Source: the human T2T-CHM13v2.0 reference genome, Homo sapiens
Assembly: GCF_009914755.1 (NCBI RefSeq)
Contig: NC_060926.1
Reading direction: 5' to 3' (one strand)
DNA: 64,000 bases
Shown here: positions 1-14,620 of the stretch, in pieces
How the letters are laid out: every line of letters begins with the position of its first letter
How positions within the stretch are numbered: the stretch's first letter is position 1
Position numbers and translations under genes: made by a program
Notes under the pieces: generated by a model
Database searches by the model: none
Told to the model about the DNA's origin: nothing
The model's input: the letters and a program-made list of their open reading frames with translations, nothing else

Positions 1-139
1 GTTAAATTCCTCAATTTCAAAGATTATATAAGAAAGAGAAAGAAAGTCCATGGAATGTTTTTATTTCTAGAATATTATAATGAAAACCCAAATGCCTTTT
101 TATCTATGAGAATATTATCAGCAATATAAGAAGGCAACA

Positions 140-310
140 GCCATGATTATTTATTAAGTGCCCATTATGTGCCAGTCATATTTTAGCTGCAGGTATGCAT
201 ATGATCTCATAATTCTTTTATAACCCTGGGAGATACATAGATATGAAATCTGAGACCAAAAGGAATTTTGTACTTTCCCAAGGTTCATCACAATATTAAA
301 TGGCAGGACC
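140..310 (-). mobile_element. MIR SINE fragment
   Basis: ttattaagtgcccattatgtgccag...gaaatctgagacc...tttcccaaggttcatca resembles the reverse complement of the MIR tail and core; ends approximate. Confidence 0.6.
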
Positions 311-1329
311 ATTTGACTTCAAAGCAAGTCAATAAAGCAGTTTTTATTAAAAACTATTTGCCAGACATTCTATTGATTAGTTTAATGTGTAAATGCAACT
401 AAAACATTTAATGCCACTAAAATGCAGCTAAGAACTTTAGAATCAGAAGGTACCAGACCATACATTGAATAGGAACACGTGACAATTTGTAAAAGAAAGA
501 AGATGTCATATCTCGGCTGTGTAGCAACGTAAGGCCTCTGAACTGTGAGTTAATCAAGTAAAAAAAGGAGGACAAGACAAAGGCATTAGAGGACCGGAAG
601 CTATTTCAAGTACAAATGTATAGCAGAAACAGAATTCAGGTCATGGACAAGGTGAGATTGTGGGTTAGCAGAATCTAGGGCACCAATTTGAAATCTAGTT
701 AGTGCATGATTCAATGTCCACAGTCAAATCAGTAATCGAAGACCAAAAGAGCAACAAAAATGATGAAATACAGAAACTAAGGCCAATCCACCCATCTAAA
801 ACAGTGTAGATAGATTCTCACAGATACAAGGCCTCTGTTGAAAGTCCTAACATTGTTTCCTTATAAAATTTTCATTTTTAACTGACATGGTGCAATGTAA
901 CAGTATGTTTCAGGTGAATTGAAGTGACCTTCGTTATTACTTGCCATTGATGGGATTTTTTTGTAGCAGACAGATCAGGCCACTATTGGCAAGAAATAAT
1001 AAATTCAAAAAAGAAAGTAACTAATATAATGTAAAATAAAAAGTTCCATGGTGGGGGTTATCATACCTCTGGCATGATGCATTTGCAAATAACAAGTTAA
1101 AACAAATTTCATAGTTTTTCCAATTTTTCTGAGAGTCCCACTGCACATAATAAGGAAGTGAATCACTTTCCATCCTAAATACACATACTCTTCCCACTTA
1201 CTCTTCAGAAGAAACAAGAATATATTTTGTCATATTCTTTAGAGACTATATTAGCCTAGGACATCTTTTATCTGTTTTGTTTGTTTGCCAATGAAGTCAC
1301 TGCAGGTGGTGAATCATGGGCTGTACCAG

Positions 1330-1437
1330 CTGGAGGGAACCTTCTAGACAACACTGTAGTTCAAGTCCAACATGTACAGATGAAGAAACTAAGATGTAAA
1401 GGGATTAATTAAAGTCACCCAGTGAGTCAGTGGGTGC
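1330..1437 (-). mobile_element. MIR/MIR3 fragment
   Basis: tacagatgaagaaactaag...aaagtcacccagtgagtcagtgg matches the MIR core on the minus strand. Confidence 0.6.
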
Positions 1438-1447
1438 TGAAAATGTT

Positions 1448-1507
1448 GAGAATTATTTAAAACAACTGAGAATTATTTAGAATAACTGAAAAACTTTAAA
1501 ACAATTA
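1448..1507. repeat. degenerate 20-bp tandem repeat (about 3 copies)
   Basis: gagaattatttaaaacaact / gagaattatttagaataact / gaaaaactttaaaacaatt. Confidence 0.75.
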
Positions 1508-1810
1508 TAAAGATTTGGAGATTATTCAACGTAAAATAGAGAAGGCTTTAGAATGAATTACCTCATAAATAACTTCTAGTTATGGGGATTACACATTAGA
1601 AGAAGTTATGTAACTGTTATCAATTTACCCAGAGGTTAGCATGGAGCAGGATGATCTTAAATTATTTGAAACAAAAGACAAATAATGAACATCTGGAAAG
1701 TACTGGCCAAGTTTTAAATATAGCATGTAGAATCTCTTTATTGATAAAAAAAAAAAAATTACACAACTGGCTGTTTGCTGAGCCAAAATTACAAAGGGCT
1801 TAAAAATTCT

Positions 1811-1857
1811 TGACAACCTTCTGGATCAGAATCTGACCAACCTTCTGGATCAGAATC
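1811..1857. repeat. 23-24-bp tandem duplication
   Basis: tgacaaccttctggatcagaatc followed directly by tgaccaaccttctggatcagaatc. Confidence 0.9.
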
Positions 1858-1994
1858 AGAGTATGCATGAGGACAGCAGCACTGCTCCAAATCTGTTTGG
1901 TCTGATGCGTGTCCACATCAGAATCATAACTCTTGGCACAATCATAACTTTGGAAGTCTTTATGTGATAAGTTATTTAAGATCATTTACTTTTA

Positions 1995-2112
1995 GAATGT
2001 CAAATTCATGCGGCTAGGTACTACGTTGATTTTACTGATTACCTTATTCCAGAATCTACCATGGTGCCTGGCAAGTTTTAGATTTTCAATGTTATTTTTG
2101 AGAATAAGTGGA
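1995..2112 (+). mobile_element. L2 3' end fragment
   Basis: ccagaatctaccatggtgcctggc...ttgagaataagtggat resembles the L2 terminus. Confidence 0.5.
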
Positions 2113-3434
2113 TTAAAATGAGGCTGAAGCAGGAGTTACAAGACATTTCGAGGAGCTTTGGGTAAGATACTTGGATATGAAATGACTGTAAATGATGTTT
2201 GAAGCTACCAAGGATTTTTTATCCCCCCTAGGAGTTAGAGAAGACTTTGTAGATGGCAAAGGAGCCCACAGTTCAATGGTGGGGCGGGGGGAATGTAATG
2301 TGTAGAGGATCCAAAGTCTTTGACAAAAAGGTGGGGAGAAAAGTCTGCTACTACTTGGGTGGGAAAAGTAAAACCTTGTATACAAAGAACCGTGGCATTA
2401 TCTTTTTCTTTTTCAAGACTGTTGTTGCCTATTCACGATGAGAAATATTCTTCTCTGGAAATTGAATGTGTTTTTGTGATTTCTGTTTCTAAGCTGCACT
2501 GCATGATATTACCATGGGGGTGTTCAGCTGCCTGATGGGCAAGACAGTTCCTTCTGAGGCAGGAAATGGCACCAGATTATTTATAGCCAGAGAAGAACAT
2601 GTAAAATCCTTGGGGAGCAAAGTAGACCAAGCATCCCAGCAACAGGCACATAGTTTTCCTGTCAGTAGCGGAATAAAAAATCCTTAGGGTGAATTGAAAA
2701 CATTGTTAAAATCCCAGCACACCAATAAATTTTCTTCTGATTATAATATTTTTTCTTCTTTGAGTAATATTCTGGCAATCCTAAAGATTTAAGTCTGTAA
2801 ACCTTTCTTATCCTTCTCAAGGCCTCATCTTTCCCATTCTTTAATATTAACTTTAAACCTATTCATTTTTCACTAAAGTAATCTAGAAAAGTAATGAAAA
2901 TCTATAGGAACAATGAAGAAGACTTCAATGGATTGCAGAATTAAAACCCTCAGATATACCATACTAAAGGAAAAGCACCTGGTACAGTGTTATAATAGCA
3001 ACAATGTTTCACTGCACAAAGTACATCTTATTTCTCTTATTTGCAAATCTTTTGATTCTTCACAGACATTGAAATAATTTCTATGTCTCTAAAAGAAGTA
3101 CCTAATTATGTACAAAAGACTCATTTTTAAAACAAATTAAACATATCTGAAAACCACACTTGAGCCTGGGTCATATTTTTCTACATGAAAATGTTTGAAT
3201 TGGGGTTAAGTCACCAATGATGGGATATCATATAAATTATAGAGGTGGAAAAGAACAAAATATTTTAAAAGTTAGGGTTCCACAATACATTTTTTAAATC
3301 ACTAAAAATTATTCTTTGTATATAACAAAATGTTAGAGCTGAAATTAGATTATAAACTGTAGTCATTAATTTAGGATATCTCAGAAAAAATGACATTACC
3401 AGTAATGTTAATCAGTAATAATCTATAATTTTTC

Positions 3435-3600
3435 AAATTATACTTATGGAATTTGGGTAATAATATGTAGCAAAGTAGATTCATTGATTGCAGCAACTGT
3501 ATCACCCTGGTGTGGGATATTGATAGTTAGGTAAGTTGTATGTACTGGGGGGAATGGGGCAGTAATATGTGGTACATGTCTTAAACAAAATCTATTATAA
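3435..3600 (+). mobile_element. ancient L1MC/MD 3'-end fragment
   Basis: tagattcattgattgcagcaactgtatcaccctggtgtgggatattgatag is typical of the L1MC/MD 3' UTR. Confidence 0.6.
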
Positions 3601-3635
3601 ATTTTTAATATACATATATCTTACCCACATGTACA

Positions 3636-3695
<60 letters not shown>
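3636..3695. repeat. compound microsatellite (CT)n(CA)n
   Basis: CT run followed directly by a CA run. Confidence 0.97.
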
Positions 3696-3696
<1 letters not shown>

Positions 3697-5000
3697 TAAT
3701 GAAGCTTGGCAGAGAAAATATTGAATTATCTTTTCAGAATCTAATAGAAGATATAACAAAATTATTATACAAAAAAGACATGATCAAAGTGTGTACATTT
3801 TTAAAATGTGGAAGGGGAAGTATTAGACAAGTCTGGTGGGCACTTAAAATAATTAGGTTATTATTTGGATTTTATAATATTTGTGGTATTTGACATCTTT
3901 TGAAAATGTATGCTTTGTTGAATATTTTCTCATTGTAAGTATTCACTTTGTGCCTACTTTTGTATTCCAGTTATGTATTTCTGTTTGTCTTCTTAAAGGG
4001 GATGTCCAAATTGCAAAAGCTGCAGGCTCCATGAAGCCAGGAGCCATCCTTGGATTGAATTTACTTTTATCTCATTTCACTATAGGACATATGGTCAGAA
4101 TTTTTTTCTTTATGATTAACTCTAATTTGTCAACATATATCTTTTATTTATAGACCCAAGCTCTATCTTCAGAGATCAAACAAAACAAAATTTTTTTTTC
4201 TGCTAAGAGAGATCTGTCATTCTTCTCTCTGTCTTATTTTTACTGGAAAGTATTATCAGTTTCTTCAATTGGTTTTTATATGAGAATACTAAGCTGGTCT
4301 CTCTTTTCTGATTATGTTTCACATTACTCTAAAGTGTGTTGACTAGAACTGTAATAAAGAAGCTATAATGTGATGGAGTTTTATGAAGCCATAAAATTCT
4401 GTCATAATAAAATGGTCTTTCCACTCCCCCATTTTATATACTATTTACTCATGTTACATGAGGTTACTTAAAGAATTAATAACGGAGGGCAGCTATGGAA
4501 GGAAATAAAGTGGAAGATTGAAATTGGAGGCAACAGTGGTTTGAAGATTTTGTTTTTTAAAAAAATATATGAATTTTTACTTACATCACAGAAATAAGGA
4601 AAAATAGACAATACATTGTTGACATATACAACTGTGAAAACATAAACTGCTTTAAAAAATAATCACAAACCTGAAACTAAATAAGTACATAATTATGGAC
4701 CTTTGTGCATCCCAACTTTTTAGCTGTGTTAATGTAATATCCATTCAAAACTACAAAGAAAAATGGAAATTAAAAATTTTATATTTCATATTTTCTTAGT
4801 CACTTTGGATACATTCAACAAAGATGAGTATATTGTATAATGTCTCCTTTCTGAGTTTAACACAACATACTTTTCACCTAATTTAGAATTTTATTCAATT
4901 TTTCAAATATCTAATAATCGCAATAATATTTTTCAATATAAATATTTTAAGAGATTAATTTCTTTTATATTAGCCACTGCTGCAACTTCCTATTGGCAAT

Positions 5001-8299
<3,299 letters not shown>

Positions 8300-9374
8300 T
8301 TAATAAGATTCTACTTTCTACTATGCTCTAGTAGTATCAGAATGAATCAGACTAGATTTCTGTCCTAAATTTTGTAAAGGAAACTGATGTAAGCAAATGA
8401 TTATAATACACCTAAAAAGAAATGAACAAAGTAAAAGTTGAATAATCCAGCTTCTTTCTGATAGCTGTTAACATTACACTATGTGGTACACATAATCATC
8501 TACACTTAAGAGCCTTTCTTTCTAGATTTAAAGTTTCCCATCATTATGACATAGTAGGCCATATACTCACCTTTCTTTATGTATTCTCGTCTCTATTTTT
8601 CCATGTCCTTGTAAAATGTCCTGGTCAGCATCAATGGTTATTTTAGCCACAGATTCCTTCTTTCTTCATTGAAATCATATGCCTCTCCTTTTAGTGCTTT
8701 TCTTTTAGAGATTCAGACTAAGAGATGATACACAACATTCTTCCTATGTTTTGAAATCTAACTTCCCATAATCTAGCCTTTCAGTCTGGCTATGCCTTAA
8801 TTTCCTTCAATATCATAGACTCCAAAATAGCTAGCTGTAATTCTCCAGCGTTTTGTTATTTCCAGTTCATCATTGGTTCTTTCATGATGATAAAAATTAG
8901 GATGTAGTAGTAAAATTTTTTATCACATGTTCTTCCTTCTTGGTGGTAAAATTGACATTAGGACATAAATTAAATTAAAAATTTATCAACCATCCTCCTT
9001 TTGCATTGAATCATGTGACAACTAACTGACCAGTTAAATTGTGTACCCAAACTATATCGTAGCTCTGATATAGTTTGGTCATTCCCAATATGACTCATGT
9101 CAGTTATTTTCTCTTTGCCTTTATTTTAATCAGTTTATCAATATATTTCTGTTCACCTGTACAAGGACTTTCATGCAAATATATGATATCAGATGCTCCT
9201 TGATGTTCTTCCCCATGCTGTTTCTTTCTGAATATATTACAATAATGCTTCTAAAATTATGGTATATTATTTTTAATGTAGAGCACATAGGAAAAAAACA
9301 ATTCTAGACTGAAAAATAGTGACTTTCAAGTTGATCCTCTTTCTTATATACTGATGCGGTCTTAAATAAACATA

Positions 9375-9470
9375 AGAATCAGCTGCAGATTCTGACTCAT
9401 TAGTTCTGGGAGAAGCTGAGATACTGCATTTTTAATAAGATCCCAAGTGATAATGATCCTTCTGGTTAGC
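9375..9470. mobile_element. MER5A-like hAT-Charlie fragment
   Basis: gattctgactcattagttctgg...ctgcatttttaataagatcccaagtgat. Confidence 0.6.
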
Positions 9471-10129
9471 AAGGTTCTTCCTCATATTAGAAAGTGTATG
9501 CTAAATGCATGGAGAATATATATAGAAGTCCTAAAATAATATAAAGACTATATATATATGTGAAATATAAATGAATGTACTAATTATAACATTAGATTTT
9601 CTATTTGTCAAGGGACATATTTGTTACCATTTAAAAACACATTTCTAATGTAATAGCCTTAGGATTTATTTGGGCAATGGATCAAAAAGTAACTTATAGA
9701 CAGAAATCCCAGAAATGATATAAGGATATCTTAAATATTTTATTTTAGCTTTGAATTTATGAATGTACATGCAATCTTTTCATGTAGGTCCAAGGTTTTT
9801 CTTTTGAGAATGCATTGGGTAATTAGATTCCTCTTCCTCGTTCTCATCCTACAACACTCTGATATATCAGCTCAGTATCTAGTATCTGTTTCTTTACAGG
9901 GGAGTGAGGACTTAAAGAGATTTGTGGAACAAACTGAATGCAAATTGTTCTGGATATTTAGCATTTGATCACTATCATAATTAATCTGCTCATGATTAAT
10001 CTAGCAGTAACAATTTTTGGTAATTATATGTTATTGCTATTTGCATAGAAATAATGATGCTCTTATCCCCCTCTTTTTATTGGTTTACCATTTCTTGTTC
10101 ACTGCTAGTCCAGTCAGACTTCCCATCTA

Positions 10130-10680
10130 AGGAAACAGAAAGCAGGCCAATGCACATTAGGAAAAACAAATTAAAAGGGACAGTCAAAAATTACTAGACA
10201 CACAGAGAACACCTATAAACAAAAATAAAAGTCCAGAATAAACAAACAGAAAGCCTAAACTGAGAAGAAGAAGATGTTTCAGGAAATATGACAATAACTA
10301 GCAAGCTCAACAATAGATATAAAAAGATTGAGGTATAACAACAGAGAAAATCAAGAAGATATTGTTTCCACAAAAGAATACAATTCGATATAAAGGAAAA
10401 ATTATAGAAAGGGAAAGTTGTTAGAAATTTGAAATGATTGTGTTTTAAAAATCTGTAAAATGACTGTGGGATAAAATTTGAAGAAATCTTTCAGAGCAAA
10501 GAACAAAAATACAAAGAAGTGGAGAATATAAAAGCAAAGATGAAACATAGAGCAACCCAATAGGACATCAGATAGTGAAAAAAAAGGAAATACATTATAA
10601 AAGTTAATTCCTCAGAGTTAAAGCTGTGAAATGTTTTCAAAATGAAAGGGCTCATGAAATGTTGAGCAGAATGAATGATG
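10130..10680 (+). mobile_element. ancient L1M (ORF1-region) fragment
   Basis: A-rich degenerate sequence with L1M-like words (aaaattactagaca, gaagaaatcttcagagcaaagaacaaaa). Confidence 0.45.
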
Positions 10681-10694
10681 TAGCAGTAGCAATG

Positions 10695-10880
10695 ATAGCT
10701 AACATTCATTAGCTATTTATTGTGTGCCATTTCCTGTGCCAAATGTTAAGTTCTATTTTACAGTTAAGAAAACTGAGGTTTATGAAGGTTAAATCACTTG
10801 CTTAAGGTTACATGGCTAATAAGTAATGGGGCTGGGATTTGTGTATCCCTCTAAACCTCGTGCTTTTTAACACTACGGTA
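10695..10880 (-). mobile_element. MIR
   Basis: ttttacagttaagaaaactgaggttt...aggttaaatcacttgcttaaggttacatggctaataag. Confidence 0.75.
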
Positions 10881-11319
10881 ATACATTACATTTTATTGCC
10901 TCTAATCTCACCTCCTTGTGCAGGTCATGCAATCAACCATAATTTTACACATCCACGAGTCTCCTTTGCAAACTAAAACATTTGTAGTGGTTCAAGAACA
11001 ATATGCCTGGCTCCTATTTCTGCAAAAATGAGTTCTTTCCCAAGACTCACCTTTGACCACAGGCAAGTTGGTCATAAACAGCCCACCTGGCATCACCACA
11101 TACACTAAATTTAACATAGATTTAAATTTGAATATTTTTTCTCTTTTTCTTATAATTGATACTATGGCAATTTATTAAACATAGCGTTAAAATATTTGTA
11201 GAAAATTTAAAAGTTCATATTACTGCTAGTCAACATAAACCAGTAAAAAATGTCATCTTCCCTACTTTGAGGTGTCTTCAATATTCTAAAGTCAGCCTTT
11301 TCTTTGTATCATAAAAGTA

Positions 11320-11373
11320 ATAGTTAATATCTACTAAGTACCTATCCCAAACACGATGTTGATTATCTGTCTT

Positions 11374-11426
<53 letters not shown>

Positions 11427-11590
11427 ATATTAAACTCATTATCATTCTATGGGATGTAGGTTTCCTTTCATGCCTATTTTACAGATGAAGGAATTGAGTT
11501 TGATAGCTTAAATAAATTTCTTAAAGTCACCTAAGTTGCAAAACTAGAATTGCAATATTACCACTCCAAATCCTACTCTTTAAGCACTAA
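11320..11590 (-). mobile_element. MIR interrupted by a (TCTA)n array
   Basis: ttttacagatgaaggaattgag core lies right of the microsatellite and the tail-like part lies left of it. Confidence 0.6.
11375..11426. repeat. (TATC)n tetranucleotide STR, about 13 units
   Basis: uninterrupted tatc run. Confidence 0.97.
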
Positions 11591-11789
11591 TTTATATTGC
11601 TCTAATAAGATTGTGTTTCTTGTTGAGGGCTATGTAAATATATCAACAAGAAATGGAGAGCCAGAAAGAGAAACTTTGAAGAGAGGGTACAGGGAAGGTT
11701 AAGTACCCTGGAGAAGGCAGATGCCCATTTGTAAAAATTTTTAAGTAGAGATGTTGGTATAATTTGTTCCTTTCCTAAGTTGTCTTCTT

Positions 11790-12560
11790 CTGTCTCTCTG
11801 TATGTCCTCCCTAGGTAATCAGGACCACTCCTAGATCACTTATAATATTATATAGAATTTATATTTTATATAAATTAAGTTACCATATCTTTGTCTCTAC
11901 CAACTCTCTCTACCCTGACTTTCAACCCATATATCCAACTCTCTCTTCCATAACATGACTTGCATTTTCCCCATGTTCACAAATTCATTATATCTGGTGT
12001 CCTTTTATTCTCCCCTTCCAAGCCTCCAAGTTCACGTATTCATGTAAAGCAATATTCTTTGTTCAAATAAATTCAGATTTATCCTTGTCGATTCCGTCCT
12101 CCTCCTCAACCTGCTCTTCCTCTTTTTTCTCCTTCATCTTCCCCTCCTTTTTCTCCTTCCTCCTCCTCATATTCTCCAATCAATACAATAACAATCTCTG
12201 TTGATTATTGCATATCTCTTAAATTATCCATTTCTCTTCATCCTAAAAGTCAGTTTCATTAGGTAAAGACTATTCTCTGTCCTAAAGCTAATTCACCAAT
12301 ATTTCTTTCTTGACAAAGTGGAAAGAGTGGTCCTTCTAAAATACAAATCTTACACAGAAGTCTCCTTTGATGCCTCTTCAGTCTCCTGAACAAAGACATA
12401 ACTCCTCAGGGGCAAGACAAAGCAAAACAAAACTTCATAATTCAGCCACATCCCACAAATTGCGCTGCATCTCTTTACAATTCATGAACTTCTGCATAGA
12501 CACTTGTACTCAATATAACACAAAAGATTGACTTATTCAAACAGTCTGTACTTTTACTTC
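11790..12560 (+). mobile_element. L2 fragments with a CT-rich low-complexity patch (about 12095-12170)
   Basis: ctccctaggtaatc..., acccatatatccaact, ttctaaaatacaaatct are L2-like words. Confidence 0.5.
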
Positions 12561-12569
12561 CTTGGTTCC

Positions 12570-13030
12570 TATGTTAGTTTAGGTCCTCTGGGAAGCAGCT
12601 GCTAAGGTAGAATCAAACGAAAAGATACTTATTGGAGGAAATGCCTATGAAAAATAAAAGGGAAGAAGCAGGAGCTGTAGCAGGGAGAGTACTCAGATTT
12701 GAACCCAGAGGAAGGAAAGAGGTAAGGAAGGAGGATGGAGTATGAAGATTCTCATCCTGCATCACAATTCAAGCAAATTTTTACCAAGCTGATGGAGAGT
12801 TATTAAGACAAAGTCACCATTAAAGTAGTTTAGTGACTTAGGGAAGAAATGAGAAAAAAGAACTTAGTTCTTATATCATGCTTTTTCACTGGCTTGAAGT
12901 AAGACAGGTGAAGTATGGCCTTAAGGTAAACATGGTGATGGATCCTGCAGGGTAGCAGCTTGGTCTGGGTGTCAGTCAACTATACTCTTCACAGTGGGAG
13001 ATCTGAGCATGCACTCTCACAGCTGCCATA
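12570..13030 (-). mobile_element. LTR16-family (ERVL) LTR, 3' LTR of a proviral remnant
   Basis: tgttagtttaggtcctctgggaagcag...ttattggaggaaatgcctatgaaaaataaaagggaagaagcagga matches the reverse complement of the LTR16A/B end. Confidence 0.7.
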
Positions 13031-14310
13031 GTTCACGCCTTACACTGCACAGGTCTCCTTCACCAAATAATTCAGGGATTAGTTCCTCCATTGTTTCTGT
13101 GGACCTTCATGAAAAGATTCTGGAAGTAGAAGGTGAGTCAGACAAACTACAGCTCCCATTCCTGAAGTTGTTCTCATGACTACAACTGGTACTAATCTCC
13201 CACTTCCTCTACAATCTATTGTAATTTCCTCTAACCTTCAATTACTGTCACTTGAGCAAGTCTTGGTGATTTATGTGGTTGCATAACTAAAAATTTTTAT
13301 TTCTGAGAGTCTGAACCAAGAAGGTCCAAGTAGATCACATGGGTTCACCATGTATTCCTCTCTGTCAACACTGTGTAACAAAAAAGCCCTTTCTCCTCAC
13401 ACTCATCAGTCAGTTACCCTTGCCAAGATAGTTTTTCTTCTCACCTGATGGTCTTTAAATTCAGAGTCCATTATGCTTTTGTAGCATCCATATTTTTGTA
13501 GTTCAATGGGAAACTTGCTGGAAATCAAGTTCTCCAATGCCAAAGAGCTAGGAGTTATGAGTAGGAAAGGCACAAAGGACTCCATCATTGTGAGTCATGT
13601 TAAGTGATGCCATTCCTGCTTCCACCTCTTGGTTCCTCGACTCATGTAGAAGTCTTATTGGGGATAAAAAGCACATAGAAACCTCTGATTAAATTCACGT
13701 GCCAGATGCTAATGATGATATGCCATCTTACTAGGAAAAGGAGAGCCACCCCTGCAAGCTCTGACAGTTAAAGAAGTTCTCCAGTACCAACATCTTCGGG
13801 AACATTAATCCAGATGTCCCAGCCCATATTTTAGAGTCCCCAGTTTTCCCAACCAGATCCATGACCTTAACAGAAAAGACCTTTTTACTGCGCACTTGGA
13901 CATCTCTTGAGTTCAATGAATGTAAACACTAATGATGAGTTATTACCTTAGCTGGGTCTACTCTTCCACTGCAGGAGACAAAACCCTCTTTGTAAGCTTA
14001 CAAGAGAACCTCTGGCTCTAATACCTAGCCTTTTACTGCTTAATAACATTCCTCAATTTCTCGTCATCTCTCTACAAGAAGTTCATTCAACATAGCAATA
14101 ACCAGCCAACTCCACAGCCTTCTAGGCATTGTTGCCCCTGTATTTTTTAAATTTCTGAATCTTTACACCCATGTGGAAGTTCCCCAGTACCATAGCATTT
14201 TCCCAGGTCACCTTAATGAAATTTCTGGCACTGGTCCTCTACCTTTGCCAGGGGTAGGAAGTGAGATAGTCCTCAGACCCTATTTTCCTTGCACCACTCT
14301 TAATACTATT
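13031..14310 (-). mobile_element. heavily deleted ERVL (HERV16-like) internal region
   Basis: lies between two same-orientation LTR16-like repeats; PBS-like sequence (caccactcttaatactatt on the plus strand) abuts the right LTR; no intact ORF. Confidence 0.55.
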
Positions 14311-14620
14311 TGTGTTAGTTCAGGTTCTTGAGAAGCAGACATCAAAACAGGATTGGTTATGAAAAAGGCATTCTGGGAAAAACAAATGTAAAGAATAAAG
14401 GGGGATAAAGAACAAACAGAGAGACACACTATTTAGTCCATGATAAGAAACCTGACATCCAAGAAAAGAAAGGGGACAAGAAGACCACCTGGAGGGAAGA
14501 TTCTCAGCAGCAAAATCTGAGAATTCAGGCATAAGCCACAGACATAGAAGAGTCCCACATCCCACAAGAATGGACCCAAATAAGTACCCCCAGGGCATTT
14601 TACTCATTTTTGGCATCAGG
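14311..14620 (-). mobile_element. LTR16-family LTR, 5' LTR of the remnant (partial)
   Basis: tgtgttagttcaggttcttgagaagcagac parallels 12570 onward; right end approximate. Confidence 0.65.

Noticed and set aside
8571-8717. minus-strand exon candidate (AAG|gtgagt donor)
   Set aside because: Stops in all three frames and no other support.
9885-10025. plus-strand acceptor tctttacag|G
   Set aside because: No convincing donor or ORF; expected by chance in T-rich DNA.
11051-11104. 54-nt minus-strand exon candidate with a strong donor
   Set aside because: The acceptor lacks a polypyrimidine tract and the peptides are unrecognisable.
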